Positions 19,017 to 29,464 of a stretch of DNA of 64,000 nucleotides are shown here, piece after piece (within the stretch, counting starts at the first letter, position 1; every line of letters starts with the position of its first letter). This DNA is from an uncultured Thermococci archaeon (lineage in GTDB: Archaea; Methanobacteriota_B; Thermococci; Methanofastidiosales; B48-G16), in NCBI GenBank assembly GCA_964595645.1, contig CAZQQT010000008.1, forward strand, positions 1-64,000. Reading direction: 5' to 3'. The notes below the pieces were generated by a model. It was given only the letters and a program-made list of their open reading frames with translations, had not been told where the DNA came from and searched no databases. Position numbers and translations under genes: made by a program.

Positions 19017-20654
19017 ATGAAAAAGCTACTATCCACGACATTCATACTTTTCCTTTTTTTAAGCGTACCTCTTAGAGCGGACGCTAAAACACTTGTTATC
19101 ACTGCAGAAAATCCCGAGGAGATAACATTCCCAGGAGGAGAGATAGAATACATAATCATCCTCGATTACACCGCAGCCGAGAAAGACGATAAAGAGCCGA
19201 AACCGACACAGACGTATCAACCCCCAACATCCACACCTCCAAATCCTTGTCCACCGCCTGAACCCGATGGATCGGCCATCCATACAGATATCGGCGCAAA
19301 GAGAGCAACGGTGAACCTCTCGCTTTCTAAGATACCGGAAGGATGGGATGTGCATTTTGAGTATGATATCACACAGTATTTTGTAGAGCCTGAAGAGAAA
19401 AAAGAAGTAACATTAATCGCAAAGGTTCCTGTGACTGCAGAACTAGGGGAGTACGAGATCGAAGTGAAAGTACAATCTGATGTCGCGAAACACGATCCTC
19501 TCACGCTCGAGGCAGAAGTGATCCAGAAGGATCTCGAAGTGGTCAACATTCAGGCCTCTCCGCAAGATCCCAAGGATGGAGAGGTAGTCAATGTCATGGC
19601 GCAGGTGAGGAATAACAGCCCGGATGACCGAGATGTGAAGACACGGCTTCTTGTGGACTATAATACAATAGAGTGGAAAACGATTGCCATACCCTCTGGG
19701 GAGACCAAAAGTGTCGTGTTCAAATGGACTGCTGTGGAAGGGACCCACAAAGTGGGTGTGCATGCGATGGAACTCCCGAAGGAACCCAACACTGACAACA
19801 ATGCGAAATACGTGGATATGAACGTGGTCAAACTTCCGATTGGAGAGGCTGACGCACTATTCCAACAGGCAAATAATGCTTTTTATAACGGAGATTTTGC
19901 GAATGCAAAGAAGTATTACCTCGCGGCAAAAGAACTGTATCAACAAATACCGAATGAGGACAGAATCAATCAGTGTGACGTGATGATCGCAAAATGTGAT
20001 AGATATCTAGAGGCAGCAGCGCTGATCAACCAGGCAGAAAACGCCTTTGACAACGATGAATGCGACAAGGCAAAGGAGCTGTATAATCGAGCTATTGATA
20101 TTTATGAGGAATTACAGGATACAGCCAGAATGGAAGAGGCTGAAAAAAGACTGGACGAAATAAAAGAAGCCTGTGCACCTGAAACACCTCCTCCAACAAC
20201 CACACCACCTCCATCGTTTTTTGATACATATAAGACGTATCTGGCTGCGTTAGTTGTCATTGTGTTATTGTTACTCCTCTACTTCATGAACATCAAAAAA
20301 CGACAGAGAGAGGAGAAAAAAGAGAAAAAAGCAGCGCCAAAGCCGAAGGAAAAAGGTGAAAGACCTACGCCTCCACCGACGCCCGTTGTAGAAGAAAAAG
20401 AAGAGAAAGAAGAAGAGAAGAAAGCAGCGAAAAGTGAAAAAGAAAAACTCATGAAACTCTACAATGGCACGAAGAGAATTCTCCGAGATTTCACTCCTGA
20501 ATACATAAAAAACAACATTGAAGAAGCTGTAGATGTCTACTCTGTACTCGTGAAAGAGAGAAATGAGATGAAACGGGGCATCGATCCAGAGATGGAGAAA
20601 GAGATAGAAGAGAATATTAAGAAAATCGAGGAAAGAATCTTCAGCCAACTTTAG
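19017..20654 (+). CDS. Membrane-anchored surface protein: Ig-like, CARDB, TPR-like helices, Pro linker, TM, charged tail
   Basis: Signal peptide MKKLLSTT; DLEV..I..SP..P..GE.V...NN CARDB pattern; TM YLAALVVIVLLLLLYF. Confidence 0.75.
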   Translation: MKKLLSTTFILFLFLSVPLRADAKTLVITAENPEEITFPGGEIEYIIILDYTAAEKDDKEPKPTQTYQPPTSTPPNPCPPPEPDGSAIHTDIGAKRATVNLSLSKIPEGWDVHFEYDITQYFVEPEEKKEVTLIAKVPVTAELGEYEIEVKVQSDVAKHDPLTLEAEVIQKDLEVVNIQASPQDPKDGEVVNVMAQVRNNSPDDRDVKTRLLVDYNTIEWKTIAIPSGETKSVVFKWTAVEGTHKVGVHAMELPKEPNTDNNAKYVDMNVVKLPIGEADALFQQANNAFYNGDFANAKKYYLAAKELYQQIPNEDRINQCDVMIAKCDRYLEAAALINQAENAFDNDECDKAKELYNRAIDIYEELQDTARMEEAEKRLDEIKEACAPETPPPTTTPPPSFFDTYKTYLAALVVIVLLLLLYFMNIKKRQREEKKEKKAAPKPKEKGERPTPPPTPVVEEKEEKEEEKKAAKSEKEKLMKLYNGTKRILRDFTPEYIKNNIEEAVDVYSVLVKERNEMKRGIDPEMEKEIEENIKKIEERIFSQL

Positions 20655-20731
20655 CGTTCAAAATTCATATTTTTTTCTCTTTTTAGTATTAGTATTTAAA
20701 GATTATTACGAAGGGAGCATATGGTGATATA

Positions 20732-21664
20732 ATGAAGAAAATGATTGGTATTGTAGTTTTATTGGTGGCTCTGACAACATGTATAAACACACCGGTAGGC
20801 GATGAAAAAACGGTAACGACAGAAACAGTAGCGCCCCCAGATGATTACAGTGAGTACGAAGCAGAATATCAGCAAATGATGGAAGAAATAGAAACGAGTT
20901 TTCCGCAGGGAGCAATAGATGGGACGATAGCAGTCCTGCGAGTACATGGAACGCTAAATGTGGAGGATGTGCTCCCAATTGCAGAAAAACTTCGAAAGAT
21001 CGAGGAAAGTAACGTACAGGGCCTGATTCTCTGGATAGACTCTCCTGGTGGAAGTGTAGCTGCTGTGACTCAGATTACCTACGAAATTCTGCGATTCAAG
21101 AAAAGAAAGCCCATTGTCGCGCACATAGGGGGCTACGGTGCGTCCGGAGCGTACTATATAGCATCTGTCTGTGATAAAATCGTGGCAAGAAGGGATGCAG
21201 TTGTGGGGAGTATTGGTGTGATTTACGCCCATGTCAATGCCTTGGACCATTACAAGCAGTACGGCTTTGATTTTTACGTGGTAAAAACAGGGACATATAA
21301 GGATACAGGTGCGGACTGGCGTTCTCTTACAGAAGAGGAAAAGGAAAGGATCAAGGAAACTGTATCCGATGCGTTCAATAGGTTTGTATTCACAGTGGCA
21401 AAGGGGCGAGGACTGAGTTACGACCATGTGGAAAGATACGCAGATGGATCCACATGGGATGGAGAAAATGCGATCAACGCGAAGCTGATAGATGCCATAG
21501 GAAACTTTGACACTGCCGTAAGTCAGTTAAATAGTCTTACAGGCCTTAAAAACCCAAAAATTACATTTTTTGAAGAATCAGAATCTGAAAATACTCTCGA
21601 AACTTCTGAAAGATGGGATGCATTGCGGTATCAGCTGCCTTCGACTGTTGTGAGAAACAACTAG
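20732..21664 (+). CDS. sppA: Signal peptide peptidase SppA (S49)
   Basis: IDSPGGSV, GASGAYYIAS, GSIGV, KTGTYKD. Confidence 0.92.
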   Translation: MKKMIGIVVLLVALTTCINTPVGDEKTVTTETVAPPDDYSEYEAEYQQMMEEIETSFPQGAIDGTIAVLRVHGTLNVEDVLPIAEKLRKIEESNVQGLILWIDSPGGSVAAVTQITYEILRFKKRKPIVAHIGGYGASGAYYIASVCDKIVARRDAVVGSIGVIYAHVNALDHYKQYGFDFYVVKTGTYKDTGADWRSLTEEEKERIKETVSDAFNRFVFTVAKGRGLSYDHVERYADGSTWDGENAINAKLIDAIGNFDTAVSQLNSLTGLKNPKITFFEESESENTLETSERWDALRYQLPSTVVRNN

Positions 21665-21705
21665 GATGTCCAAAAGTATTTATACATGAAAGATATAGTT
21701 TCAGT

Positions 21706-22080
21706 ATGCTGGGCTCACTGGAAAGGGAGATAATGGAGATCGTCTGGAAAGACGGCGAGGTCGATGCGAGGCACATACAAGAGACTATCAAAGAACGAAG
21801 GGATATCGCCTACACCACGGTGAACACCGTACTGTCCAGACTCGCAGATAAGGGTCTTCTTGAGACCCGAAAGGTAAAGTCCCGAGGTGGATTTAAGTAT
21901 ATTTATTCTGCCACGGATAGTAAAGAGCAATATGAGGAAAAAGTAATCGATTCTACACTCAATAGACTTTTAAAGAGCTTTGGAGGAACAACAATAAAGT
22001 ATTTCTCAAAAAATTTAAATCTCTCAGACGAAGAGATAGATATATTGAGGAGACGGTTGGAGGATCTGAGTAATGAGTAG
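21706..22080 (+). CDS. BlaI/MecI/CopY family repressor
   Basis: LGSLEREIMEIVW...IAYTTVNTVLSRLADKGLL. Confidence 0.9.
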   Translation: MLGSLEREIMEIVWKDGEVDARHIQETIKERRDIAYTTVNTVLSRLADKGLLETRKVKSRGGFKYIYSATDSKEQYEEKVIDSTLNRLLKSFGGTTIKYFSKNLNLSDEEIDILRRRLEDLSNE

Positions 22081-23611
22081 TACTCTTTATTTGATCGCCT
22101 GGTATACCCTCATCACAGGGGTAGTATTCCTCTTCAACGAGTTACTTATTGCAGTGTTTAACCCAAGTATCAGTACGAGAAATAAAATCCATAAAATCAT
22201 GTTACTCTCATTTTTCAGTGTTTTTGCAATTGTTCCTTTTAAAATAATTGAAGCATTTATCGTGCAAGGTTCTCGTATCGAAAAAGAAGGCTCTCTGATA
22301 ATATTGGCCAATAGTGTTGATCTTATTACTGAATATACAAATTTTGCGTACCTAACGGCTTTTTTAGTTTCTATCGCTCTTTTCTCCCTTTTCCTCTTAA
22401 TATTCTTTGACAAAAAGATTGTATACAGGCTTTATCACCTAGAAAAGCTCAAAAAAAGGAACATCGAAGAGAAAGTACAAAAAATTTCTACTAACTTAGA
22501 CATAGAACCTCCTCCTCTTTATCTTGCGAAAGGATCTCTCGATGTTTTTGCCTTCGGGATCACACCCAAACTCGCGCTTGGTGAAGATTTTATTAAAGAG
22601 TGTAGAGAAGAGGAAGTAGAAATTGTCCTGAAACATGAACTTTGGCATATTAAAAATAAAGATTTAGTCATGAGAGTGCTCTCTCTACTACTAAAGATCT
22701 TCTTTTTTTACAATCCCGCTATTTTTTTACTGCTAAGAAAAATAGAAAGAGAATCAGAATATATAGCAGATATGGCTTCTGCGAAAACTAAAGAGGAAAA
22801 AAAGACATATATCAGATCAATGTTAAAATTGAATTACTTAACTAATCTTCAAATTACTGATAAGGGAGATGTAGGTAGGCGAAGAGCGGCTGTAGGCGAT
22901 CTTCTCGTAGATTATTCTCACACTATGGTGAAATTAGATAAGGATTTTTCCGTGGAAAGAATAGAAAATTTGTTTAAAATGAGGAAACATAAAAAATTCT
23001 TATGTATACTCTCTTTTATTTTAACAGTTTCTTTGATGATTGCTGGTGTTTCTCTCAGTAGTTTTTTAGCGGATGAGTACGGTACACATGAAGATTATTC
23101 TGGGGCCTTGTATTTTGACACAGCGTATTATTCTGTGGATACAGAAATTATGAATAATCAGGAGTATATCCTTATCCATAAACATGATTTCGATGTTGAT
23201 AAAAAGATCGTAGAGAACAAAATAAAACGAGAGAATAAACGAGATCGATTAGAGCTTTTAGTACTTTCTCAAGGAAAATTTTCTCATGAAACACAAGAAT
23301 ATTTGAAGGACTTAGAAGAGAGATTAAGTACCCTTACTCAATCTGATCAATTCTACGAAAGCCCCGCTGGATTATTAAGTACATTGGATGAAAAGATGGA
23401 TATTGATACTGTTGCAGACACCAACGCCACAATGGATACGAATGCCACGATGGATATCAACGCAACGATGGATACAAACGCTACCATCGACACCAACGCC
23501 ACAATGGATACGAATGCCACGATGGATATCAACGCAACGATGGATACAAACGCTACCATCGACACCAACGCCACAATGGATACGAATGCCACTATCAACG
23601 TTCAGAAATAG
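22073..23611 (+). CDS. BlaR1-like M56 membrane metallopeptidase with repetitive C-terminal tail
   Basis: TM helices, HELWH zinc motif, FFYNP, ESEYIAD; overlaps the blaI-like gene. Confidence 0.88.
   Translation: MSSTLYLIAWYTLITGVVFLFNELLIAVFNPSISTRNKIHKIMLLSFFSVFAIVPFKIIEAFIVQGSRIEKEGSLIILANSVDLITEYTNFAYLTAFLVSIALFSLFLLIFFDKKIVYRLYHLEKLKKRNIEEKVQKISTNLDIEPPPLYLAKGSLDVFAFGITPKLALGEDFIKECREEEVEIVLKHELWHIKNKDLVMRVLSLLLKIFFFYNPAIFLLLRKIERESEYIADMASAKTKEEKKTYIRSMLKLNYLTNLQITDKGDVGRRRAAVGDLLVDYSHTMVKLDKDFSVERIENLFKMRKHKKFLCILSFILTVSLMIAGVSLSSFLADEYGTHEDYSGALYFDTAYYSVDTEIMNNQEYILIHKHDFDVDKKIVENKIKRENKRDRLELLVLSQGKFSHETQEYLKDLEERLSTLTQSDQFYESPAGLLSTLDEKMDIDTVADTNATMDTNATMDINATMDTNATIDTNATMDTNATMDINATMDTNATIDTNATMDTNATINVQK
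23417..23596 (+). repeat. Ten 18-bp coding repeats (D-T/I-N-A-T-M/I) arranged as 2.5 copies of a 72-bp unit
   Basis: 72-bp unit starting gacaccaacgccacaatg at 23417, 23489 and 23561. Confidence 0.95.
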
Positions 23612-23623
23612 ATGGAGAATTAG

Positions 23624-24463
23624 TTATTCATTGTCAATTAATGCTTTGAGTATATCATAATCTCGAATGATTCCCAGTAGCTTATCACTGTCTTCGGTTA
23701 CAGGAAGTTGTTCTATATTGTATTTTCTCATCTTTTTTGCGCATTCTGTGATACTTTCGTCGGCCGATACCGTCACAACATCAGTTGTCATAAACTTTTT
23801 TACCGGTTCTTTCGGGAGTTTTAGTATCCTCATCCCGATGTAAAGAGTACTCTGTGTTTCCCACTCCCATTTATCTTCTCCTGAGACTGCCGTGTCTTTT
23901 TTTTTCATCTCATTCACCACTTCACCAGCATTTATTAGATCTTCTGTGTCTACCACACCTGAAATTTCGCCACGATCATCGAGGATCACAGCAGAAAGAC
24001 TTCGTGAATTGCTCATAATTTTTAATACAAGATCCAGTGGCGTGTTCTCCCATACCGAAGTAATTTTTCTTTGCATATATTTTTTGCACGGTTCTTTTAT
24101 CTTTAGTTTGAAAATGCCTTTCTTTACTATATCGTCAATGCCTACAATACCCACCAGTTCCCCATCTTCTACAACGGGGATATTTCTAAGCTTTTCTTTT
24201 ACAAATATTTCACAGGCCTTCTTTATATTATCTCCTGATTTTACTTTCACAGGTTCTCTATCTATCAACAGTGCTAACTGCTCTTCTTCGGGATTATTAA
24301 GAAGATCATTGAGGGATACGATCCCTAATAGTTTTTTGCTTCCCTTCTTTACTACTGGGAGAGCAGATATGTTTTTTTCTCGCATAATTTCCAGTGCATC
24401 CTTTCTTCTCCCTGGAACTACAGCGTACACTGTCTCCTTTGCCATGAGATCTTTCACAAGCAT
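23624..24463 (-). CDS. CBS-domain protein (four CBS)
   Basis: VKDLM, ISALPVV..LLGIVS..DL, V..FMT.DVVTV, LPV..KLLGII..DI. Confidence 0.9.
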   Translation of the reverse strand: MLVKDLMAKETVYAVVPGRRKDALEIMREKNISALPVVKKGSKKLLGIVSLNDLLNNPEEEQLALLIDREPVKVKSGDNIKKACEIFVKEKLRNIPVVEDGELVGIVGIDDIVKKGIFKLKIKEPCKKYMQRKITSVWENTPLDLVLKIMSNSRSLSAVILDDRGEISGVVDTEDLINAGEVVNEMKKKDTAVSGEDKWEWETQSTLYIGMRILKLPKEPVKKFMTTDVVTVSADESITECAKKMRKYNIEQLPVTEDSDKLLGIIRDYDILKALIDNE

Positions 24464-24541
24464 TCTCTCACCTGAAATTCTATATTACTCTTACAAGTGT
24501 ACGATGGAGAGATTTTTATAGTTTTTGATTTTATTAGTGGT

Positions 24542-25513
24542 ATGGAACTCAGGAAAATCCAGGTTACCGGTGGAGGAACGTATATTATTTCCCTACCAAA
24601 GGAGTGGGTGGAACGATACAATCTGAATAAAGGAGATTCATTGACCATTAAAGAGGAAGAAACTGGTCTTTTTCTTACACCTAAGAGAGAAAAACTGAAA
24701 AAAACTAGCAGAGTAACAATTTCAGGTAATATACGGCGAGAAATCACTGCAAAGTATATGTGCGGATACGATACCGTTCAAATTGTATCTGAGGGTGAAA
24801 TTGGGCACAACCATAGAAAAGAGATAAAGAACACCCTAAAAACACTCTCCGGTTATGAGATAGTCGATGAGAAGTCTAGAGAGATTACCATCTCCAACCT
24901 TCTGGATCCTTCTGAGCTCCCCACGAAGAAGGCAATGAAACGTCAGTTTTTTGTCGCACGGTCAATGTTAGAAGATTCTTTAAATGCTTTCCTCTCAAAT
25001 GATCCTGCACTTGCGAGAGATGTAATTGAACGGGATTCTGAAGTCGATCGGTTGTATTTCTTGATAGTGCGGCAGTTGAGAACTGCAATTATTGATACGG
25101 GATTTGCAGGGAAGGTGGATGTGACACCACTGGACTGTCTCGACCTCAGAGTCGTCGCAAAAAATATTGAACAGATTGCCGATAATGCAGAAAATAACTG
25201 TATTAATTATAAGGAATTGGATTATTCTTCACTCAATTCCATCATCTTTGATGATATGAAGAGGATGGGTACCCTCATGATCGATACCTTTGGAGACTCA
25301 TGGAATGCTCTGAAGAAAAAAGATGTGAAAAAAGCGGATCAGGTTCTCGATATGAGGGAGAATATGAAAATCTTAAAAAAGAAACTTGACGAGGATGTGC
25401 TTGAGATGAACGGAAAAGATGCTGTCTACATGGGTAATATCATTGAAAACTTAGCAAAAATTGGGGAGTTGAGCATCGATATCGCCGATATTGTAATACG
25501 TCCTGAGGGGTGA
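24542..25513 (+). CDS. phoU: Phosphate uptake regulator (AbrB-like N-terminus plus PhoU domains)
   Basis: RKIQVTGGGTYIISLPKEW; DSEVDRLY; NIEQIAD. Confidence 0.9.
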   Translation: MELRKIQVTGGGTYIISLPKEWVERYNLNKGDSLTIKEEETGLFLTPKREKLKKTSRVTISGNIRREITAKYMCGYDTVQIVSEGEIGHNHRKEIKNTLKTLSGYEIVDEKSREITISNLLDPSELPTKKAMKRQFFVARSMLEDSLNAFLSNDPALARDVIERDSEVDRLYFLIVRQLRTAIIDTGFAGKVDVTPLDCLDLRVVAKNIEQIADNAENNCINYKELDYSSLNSIIFDDMKRMGTLMIDTFGDSWNALKKKDVKKADQVLDMRENMKILKKKLDEDVLEMNGKDAVYMGNIIENLAKIGELSIDIADIVIRPEG

Positions 25514-25518
25514 GAGAT

Positions 25519-26004
25519 ATGCACTATCTGGTTACTACCCCAGTATCACGGCAGTATGATGGGATGTGGGAAGTGGAATGGGCTTTGGAAGGAGATCTTG
25601 AGATAAAAAAAACACCCTTTAGAGGTGTCTTCGTTGTAAAAACGGGCAAAGAAGCCTTGAAACTCGTAAAAAACTATGAAACAACAGCGATTTGTAGGAT
25701 GATACCACTGCAGGTAATTGCATCTACCAATGAAAAGGAGATAGTAGAAAAGGCACTACATCTTGCAGAGAGAGAAATTGAGGAAGGGGAGACCTTTGCT
25801 GTCCGTTGCAAAAACAGGGGAGAACGGCTTGACAGTCAAAGACTCGAAAGAGAACTCGGAGAGAAAATATTGAATACAGTAGGTAACCTCACGGTAAATC
25901 TCACTATCCCTAAAAAAACAGTGAAAATCGAAGTATATGGGAGAAACACAGGTATCTCTGTGCTGGAAGAGGATGATATCTTGAAGAAAGAGGCTGTTGA
26001 ATAA
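25519..26004 (+). CDS. THUMP domain RNA-binding protein
   Basis: ETFAVRCKNRG...ERELG...VNLT.P...V.IEV. Confidence 0.85.
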   Translation: MHYLVTTPVSRQYDGMWEVEWALEGDLEIKKTPFRGVFVVKTGKEALKLVKNYETTAICRMIPLQVIASTNEKEIVEKALHLAEREIEEGETFAVRCKNRGERLDSQRLERELGEKILNTVGNLTVNLTIPKKTVKIEVYGRNTGISVLEEDDILKKEAVE

Positions 26005-26067
26005 CATCTTATCCTCTTTCCACAAAACAAACAAAACATTTATATACTGAATCTCTTTCATTAAAGG

Positions 26068-27438
26068 ATGCGCCACGTCTCCAAAGAACAGATTCTTCAC
26101 GGTCCTATCATCAAAACACTCTTCCTCTTAGGCTGGCCCATTATGGTTACCAGTCTTCTCCATACTGCATATACACTCGCAGACACATTTTGGCTGGGGA
26201 GACTGGAGGATCCTCGATATCCTGTGGCAGCACTTCAAATATCATGGCCGATAATATTTCTGTTGATTGCCTTTGCCTTTGGATTTGGAATGGCCGGAGT
26301 TGCACTTGTCTCTCAGTACACCGGAGCAAAAAAGCCGAAAGAAGCAAACCTCGCAGCGGGACAAGTACTCTCGATTTCACTTTTCTACGGTGCGGCGATG
26401 GCAGTAATTGGGTTCGCGGCTTCACCGTTGATAGTCCATTCGCTAGGAGTGGAACAGGAGGTTTTCGAACTCTCAGTACTCTATTTGAGAATATATTTGG
26501 CAGGATCTCCTTTTGTGTTTTCTCTTTTCATGTTTGGGTTTATATTGAGGGCATATGGCGATACTCTCACTCCTATGATCGTGCAAGGAGTGTCAGTAAT
26601 CCTGAACATCATCCTCGATCCACTCCTGATTTTTGGATGGGGGGGATTTCCAGAGATGGGAATTGCAGGTGCAGCCGTGGCCAGTGTTTTTTCGCAGTCT
26701 CTTGCAGCCTTTTTGGGACTGTATCTTCTTTTTCACGGCAACTTAGGGATAGAAGTGAAGTTGAGTTACCTGAAACCGGACAAAGAGAAGATAAAAAAGA
26801 TCCTGACTATCGGTATTCCCGCGTCCATCGGCCAATCGGGCACCGCCTTTGGATTCTTTATCCTTATGTATGTACTGGCGAGAGTCCCTAACAGTACAGT
26901 TGTGTTGGCAGCATACGGGATTGGCGATAGGCTTATCGGACTGGCATTTATTGCCATTCAGGGATTAAGTGTTGGTGTCAGTACTATTCTTGGACAGAGT
27001 CTCGGTGCCGATAATATACAAAGAGCCGAGGACGTAGCGAGGAAAGGAATCGCAACAATGTTTTCAATTCTTGTTGTGTTCGGTGTCTTTCTTTTCTTGT
27101 TCAGATCCGAGTCCATGGCATTTTTTATTAAAAGTTCGGATGTGGTTAATGAAGGTGCCAACTTTATCAAGTATATGATTATAGGCATCCCCTTTTTTGG
27201 ATTTTTCAGTGGGATAAATGCTTCGTTCCAAGGTTCAGGACACAATGTCCCCACAATGATCATGGAGCTTTCACGACTCTGGGGATTAAGGATACCTTTG
27301 GCATATCTTTTTGGAGTATATTTTGGCATGAATGCTACGGGAGTCTGGATAGGTATGGCTTTAAGCAATATACTCGGCGCAGGAATTGCCTTTTTCTTTT
27401 TTGAGACAGGGATCTGGAAAAAAAGAGTAATAGACTAA
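26068..27438 (+). CDS. MATE family efflux transporter
   Basis: LADTFWLGRL, GDTLTPM, NIILDPLLIFG, MGIAGAAVAS. Confidence 0.95.
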   Translation: MRHVSKEQILHGPIIKTLFLLGWPIMVTSLLHTAYTLADTFWLGRLEDPRYPVAALQISWPIIFLLIAFAFGFGMAGVALVSQYTGAKKPKEANLAAGQVLSISLFYGAAMAVIGFAASPLIVHSLGVEQEVFELSVLYLRIYLAGSPFVFSLFMFGFILRAYGDTLTPMIVQGVSVILNIILDPLLIFGWGGFPEMGIAGAAVASVFSQSLAAFLGLYLLFHGNLGIEVKLSYLKPDKEKIKKILTIGIPASIGQSGTAFGFFILMYVLARVPNSTVVLAAYGIGDRLIGLAFIAIQGLSVGVSTILGQSLGADNIQRAEDVARKGIATMFSILVVFGVFLFLFRSESMAFFIKSSDVVNEGANFIKYMIIGIPFFGFFSGINASFQGSGHNVPTMIMELSRLWGLRIPLAYLFGVYFGMNATGVWIGMALSNILGAGIAFFFFETGIWKKRVID

Positions 27439-27439
27439 C

Positions 27440-29464
27440 CTATCTCAGAACTTTGTATCTGTCGGGGCTCGGTTCGTAGAGGTCTCCCTTCTGTTTAAAT
27501 TCTTCAACGTACCGTTTTACGAGGTGTTCTTCCATCCCATCCTTCTCAGCCTCTTTGATGATTGCCTCGAGTGAGGCACCATCTCCCTCATCCAGAGAAG
27601 AGATGATCTCCATGAGGCGCATCATTCTATCTCTCTGGGATTTGGGTTTCCCTGTCATTATCACGTCGATATCCAGTTTTCCGGTTTCTGGATCCACTCC
27701 CACTTTAAATAGGGTGTTTTTGAAAAGTTTTATTACTGCCTCGGCATCCTCTGTTGTTGCTCGGCTCGAAAGCCTCATTCGTGCACGTGCTTCACTCAAC
27801 CGTATCAGCGCTTCCAGCTGCCTAGCGGTGATTGGGATTGGTGCGTCCTTTTCTTCCGCGATTTTTCGTAGGTTCACATAGAATTTGTGGATCTTTCTCT
27901 CCGCTTTTTTTGTCAGGGCAGGGAATACATTTTTCTTTGCGTACAGCACGTACTTTTCAAGAAGATCGATATCGATAGGGGGCGCGATTGTTTCCTCAGC
28001 ATCACTATGGACGTCGAGGATATGCTGTGCCGTTGCCTTGTCCCGCTCTTCGTCAGGTGTATCCGTCATTACAAACACGAGATCGAACCTGGACACAAGT
28101 GTGGGCGGGAGATCGATCTGTCCTGCTAGGGATTTATACCGGTCAAATCTTCCATATTTTGGATTTGAGGCTGCAAGAATCGCGGATCGGGCGTTTAACG
28201 TCGCGACAATTCCTGCCTTGGCTATACTTACGGTTTGCTGTTCCATCGCTTCATGGATTGATGATCTGTCGTCCTTACTCATCTTATCTATTTCATCGAC
28301 GCAGGCCAGACCCCCGTCGGCGATTACCAGGGCTCCGGCTTCGAGCGCCCATCCTCCCGTGGTATCATCCCGGACCACAGCAGCCGTAAGTCCCGCTGCA
28401 CTCGTTCCCTTTCCGCTGGTGTAGAGGCTTCGTGGCGCTACCCTTGACGCGTACTGGAGAATCTGCGATTTGGCAACACCTGGGTCACCGACGAGGAGAA
28501 TATTGGAGTCACCCCGCAGTCTCGTACCGTCGGGAAGTTCTTTGGTGACACCGGAAAATAGCTGCATCGCGATAGCCTCCTTAATATCCGAGTATCCATA
28601 AATCGAGGGCGCGATGGAGTTGGCGATTTTATCGATAATGAAGGGATCCTGTGAGAGCTGTTTTATTTTTTCTTCCCCCTCCTTTGTGATCTCGAGGTCT
28701 TCTACATCCTGATCTTCTATGCCTATATAGTTCACATCTATAAACTTCTTGAAAGTTGTCTTTTTTCCTCGAGGTGAGGTTTCTTGTGTTGTTTTCAGAA
28801 TCCCTGTAATTGTAACCCTTTCTCCAGCCTTTGCCTTGTCTACAATATCGTTACGAAGGATGAGATTGATTCTCCTAGGCATTCTTCCCCCTCTTAACTT
28901 TTCCGGTCGTTCTTGAATCTTTAATACCTGCCAGTCCCGGAACTTGGACTGATCTTCGAGGAGTTTGAATGGTCCCTTCCTTCCACACGCAGGATTCTCA
29001 CAGATTCTCGGTTTTTTAAAGAACTCCTTTGTCTGTTCAACAATCTGGATATGTCCACATCGTTGACACTGAAATACACCTTCTACAAGCTCGGGTTTCA
29101 CCTCGGAGCTTCTTCCTACAACTCCAACAACTTGGATAAATGTGTTCACATGGATAGCTCGAAGATTCCTGATCTCATATTCCTCTGATTTCACGTTATA
29201 AAATCGCACAAAGATATTATCTTCTGGAATAATACTTTTTAATCCATCCTCTGCAATGGGAATGACGTCCACAGGACGTTCAACAAGCGCTTCATACAAC
29301 TCAGGATCATAATCAAGAAGATCATCACAATCTACTTCAAGAGACCTTTTTTCACTTACCTTCATCTCATCTATCCCTTCTTTGTATTTCGGATTGTTTA
29401 CATCGGGATACGATAAAAAGAAGTCTCTAAATCGATTTAAAATATCTTCATACTCAATCTCCAT
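27440..29464 (-). CDS. mcm: Replicative helicase MCM
   Basis: C4 zinc finger, GDPGVAKS, CVDEIDKM, SRFD arginine finger, C-terminal winged helix; no intein. Confidence 0.98.
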   Translation of the reverse strand: MEIEYEDILNRFRDFFLSYPDVNNPKYKEGIDEMKVSEKRSLEVDCDDLLDYDPELYEALVERPVDVIPIAEDGLKSIIPEDNIFVRFYNVKSEEYEIRNLRAIHVNTFIQVVGVVGRSSEVKPELVEGVFQCQRCGHIQIVEQTKEFFKKPRICENPACGRKGPFKLLEDQSKFRDWQVLKIQERPEKLRGGRMPRRINLILRNDIVDKAKAGERVTITGILKTTQETSPRGKKTTFKKFIDVNYIGIEDQDVEDLEITKEGEEKIKQLSQDPFIIDKIANSIAPSIYGYSDIKEAIAMQLFSGVTKELPDGTRLRGDSNILLVGDPGVAKSQILQYASRVAPRSLYTSGKGTSAAGLTAAVVRDDTTGGWALEAGALVIADGGLACVDEIDKMSKDDRSSIHEAMEQQTVSIAKAGIVATLNARSAILAASNPKYGRFDRYKSLAGQIDLPPTLVSRFDLVFVMTDTPDEERDKATAQHILDVHSDAEETIAPPIDIDLLEKYVLYAKKNVFPALTKKAERKIHKFYVNLRKIAEEKDAPIPITARQLEALIRLSEARARMRLSSRATTEDAEAVIKLFKNTLFKVGVDPETGKLDIDVIMTGKPKSQRDRMMRLMEIISSLDEGDGASLEAIIKEAEKDGMEEHLVKRYVEEFKQKGDLYEPSPDRYKVLR

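Noticed and set aside
23353-23660. Tandem repeat as a CRISPR array, and the repetitive antisense/alternate-frame ORFs (23353..23598, 23388..23660)
   Set aside because: No unique spacers or cas genes; variation falls mostly at third codon positions of the M56 gene frame, so the other ORFs are shadows.
26190-26891. Long alternate-frame or antisense ORFs (also 9979..10614, 23892..24521, 34814..35536, 55019..55699)
   Set aside because: Overlap well-supported genes and show no recognisable motifs.
27440-29464. Intein in MCM or Hel308
   Set aside because: Lengths are normal and motifs are contiguous.
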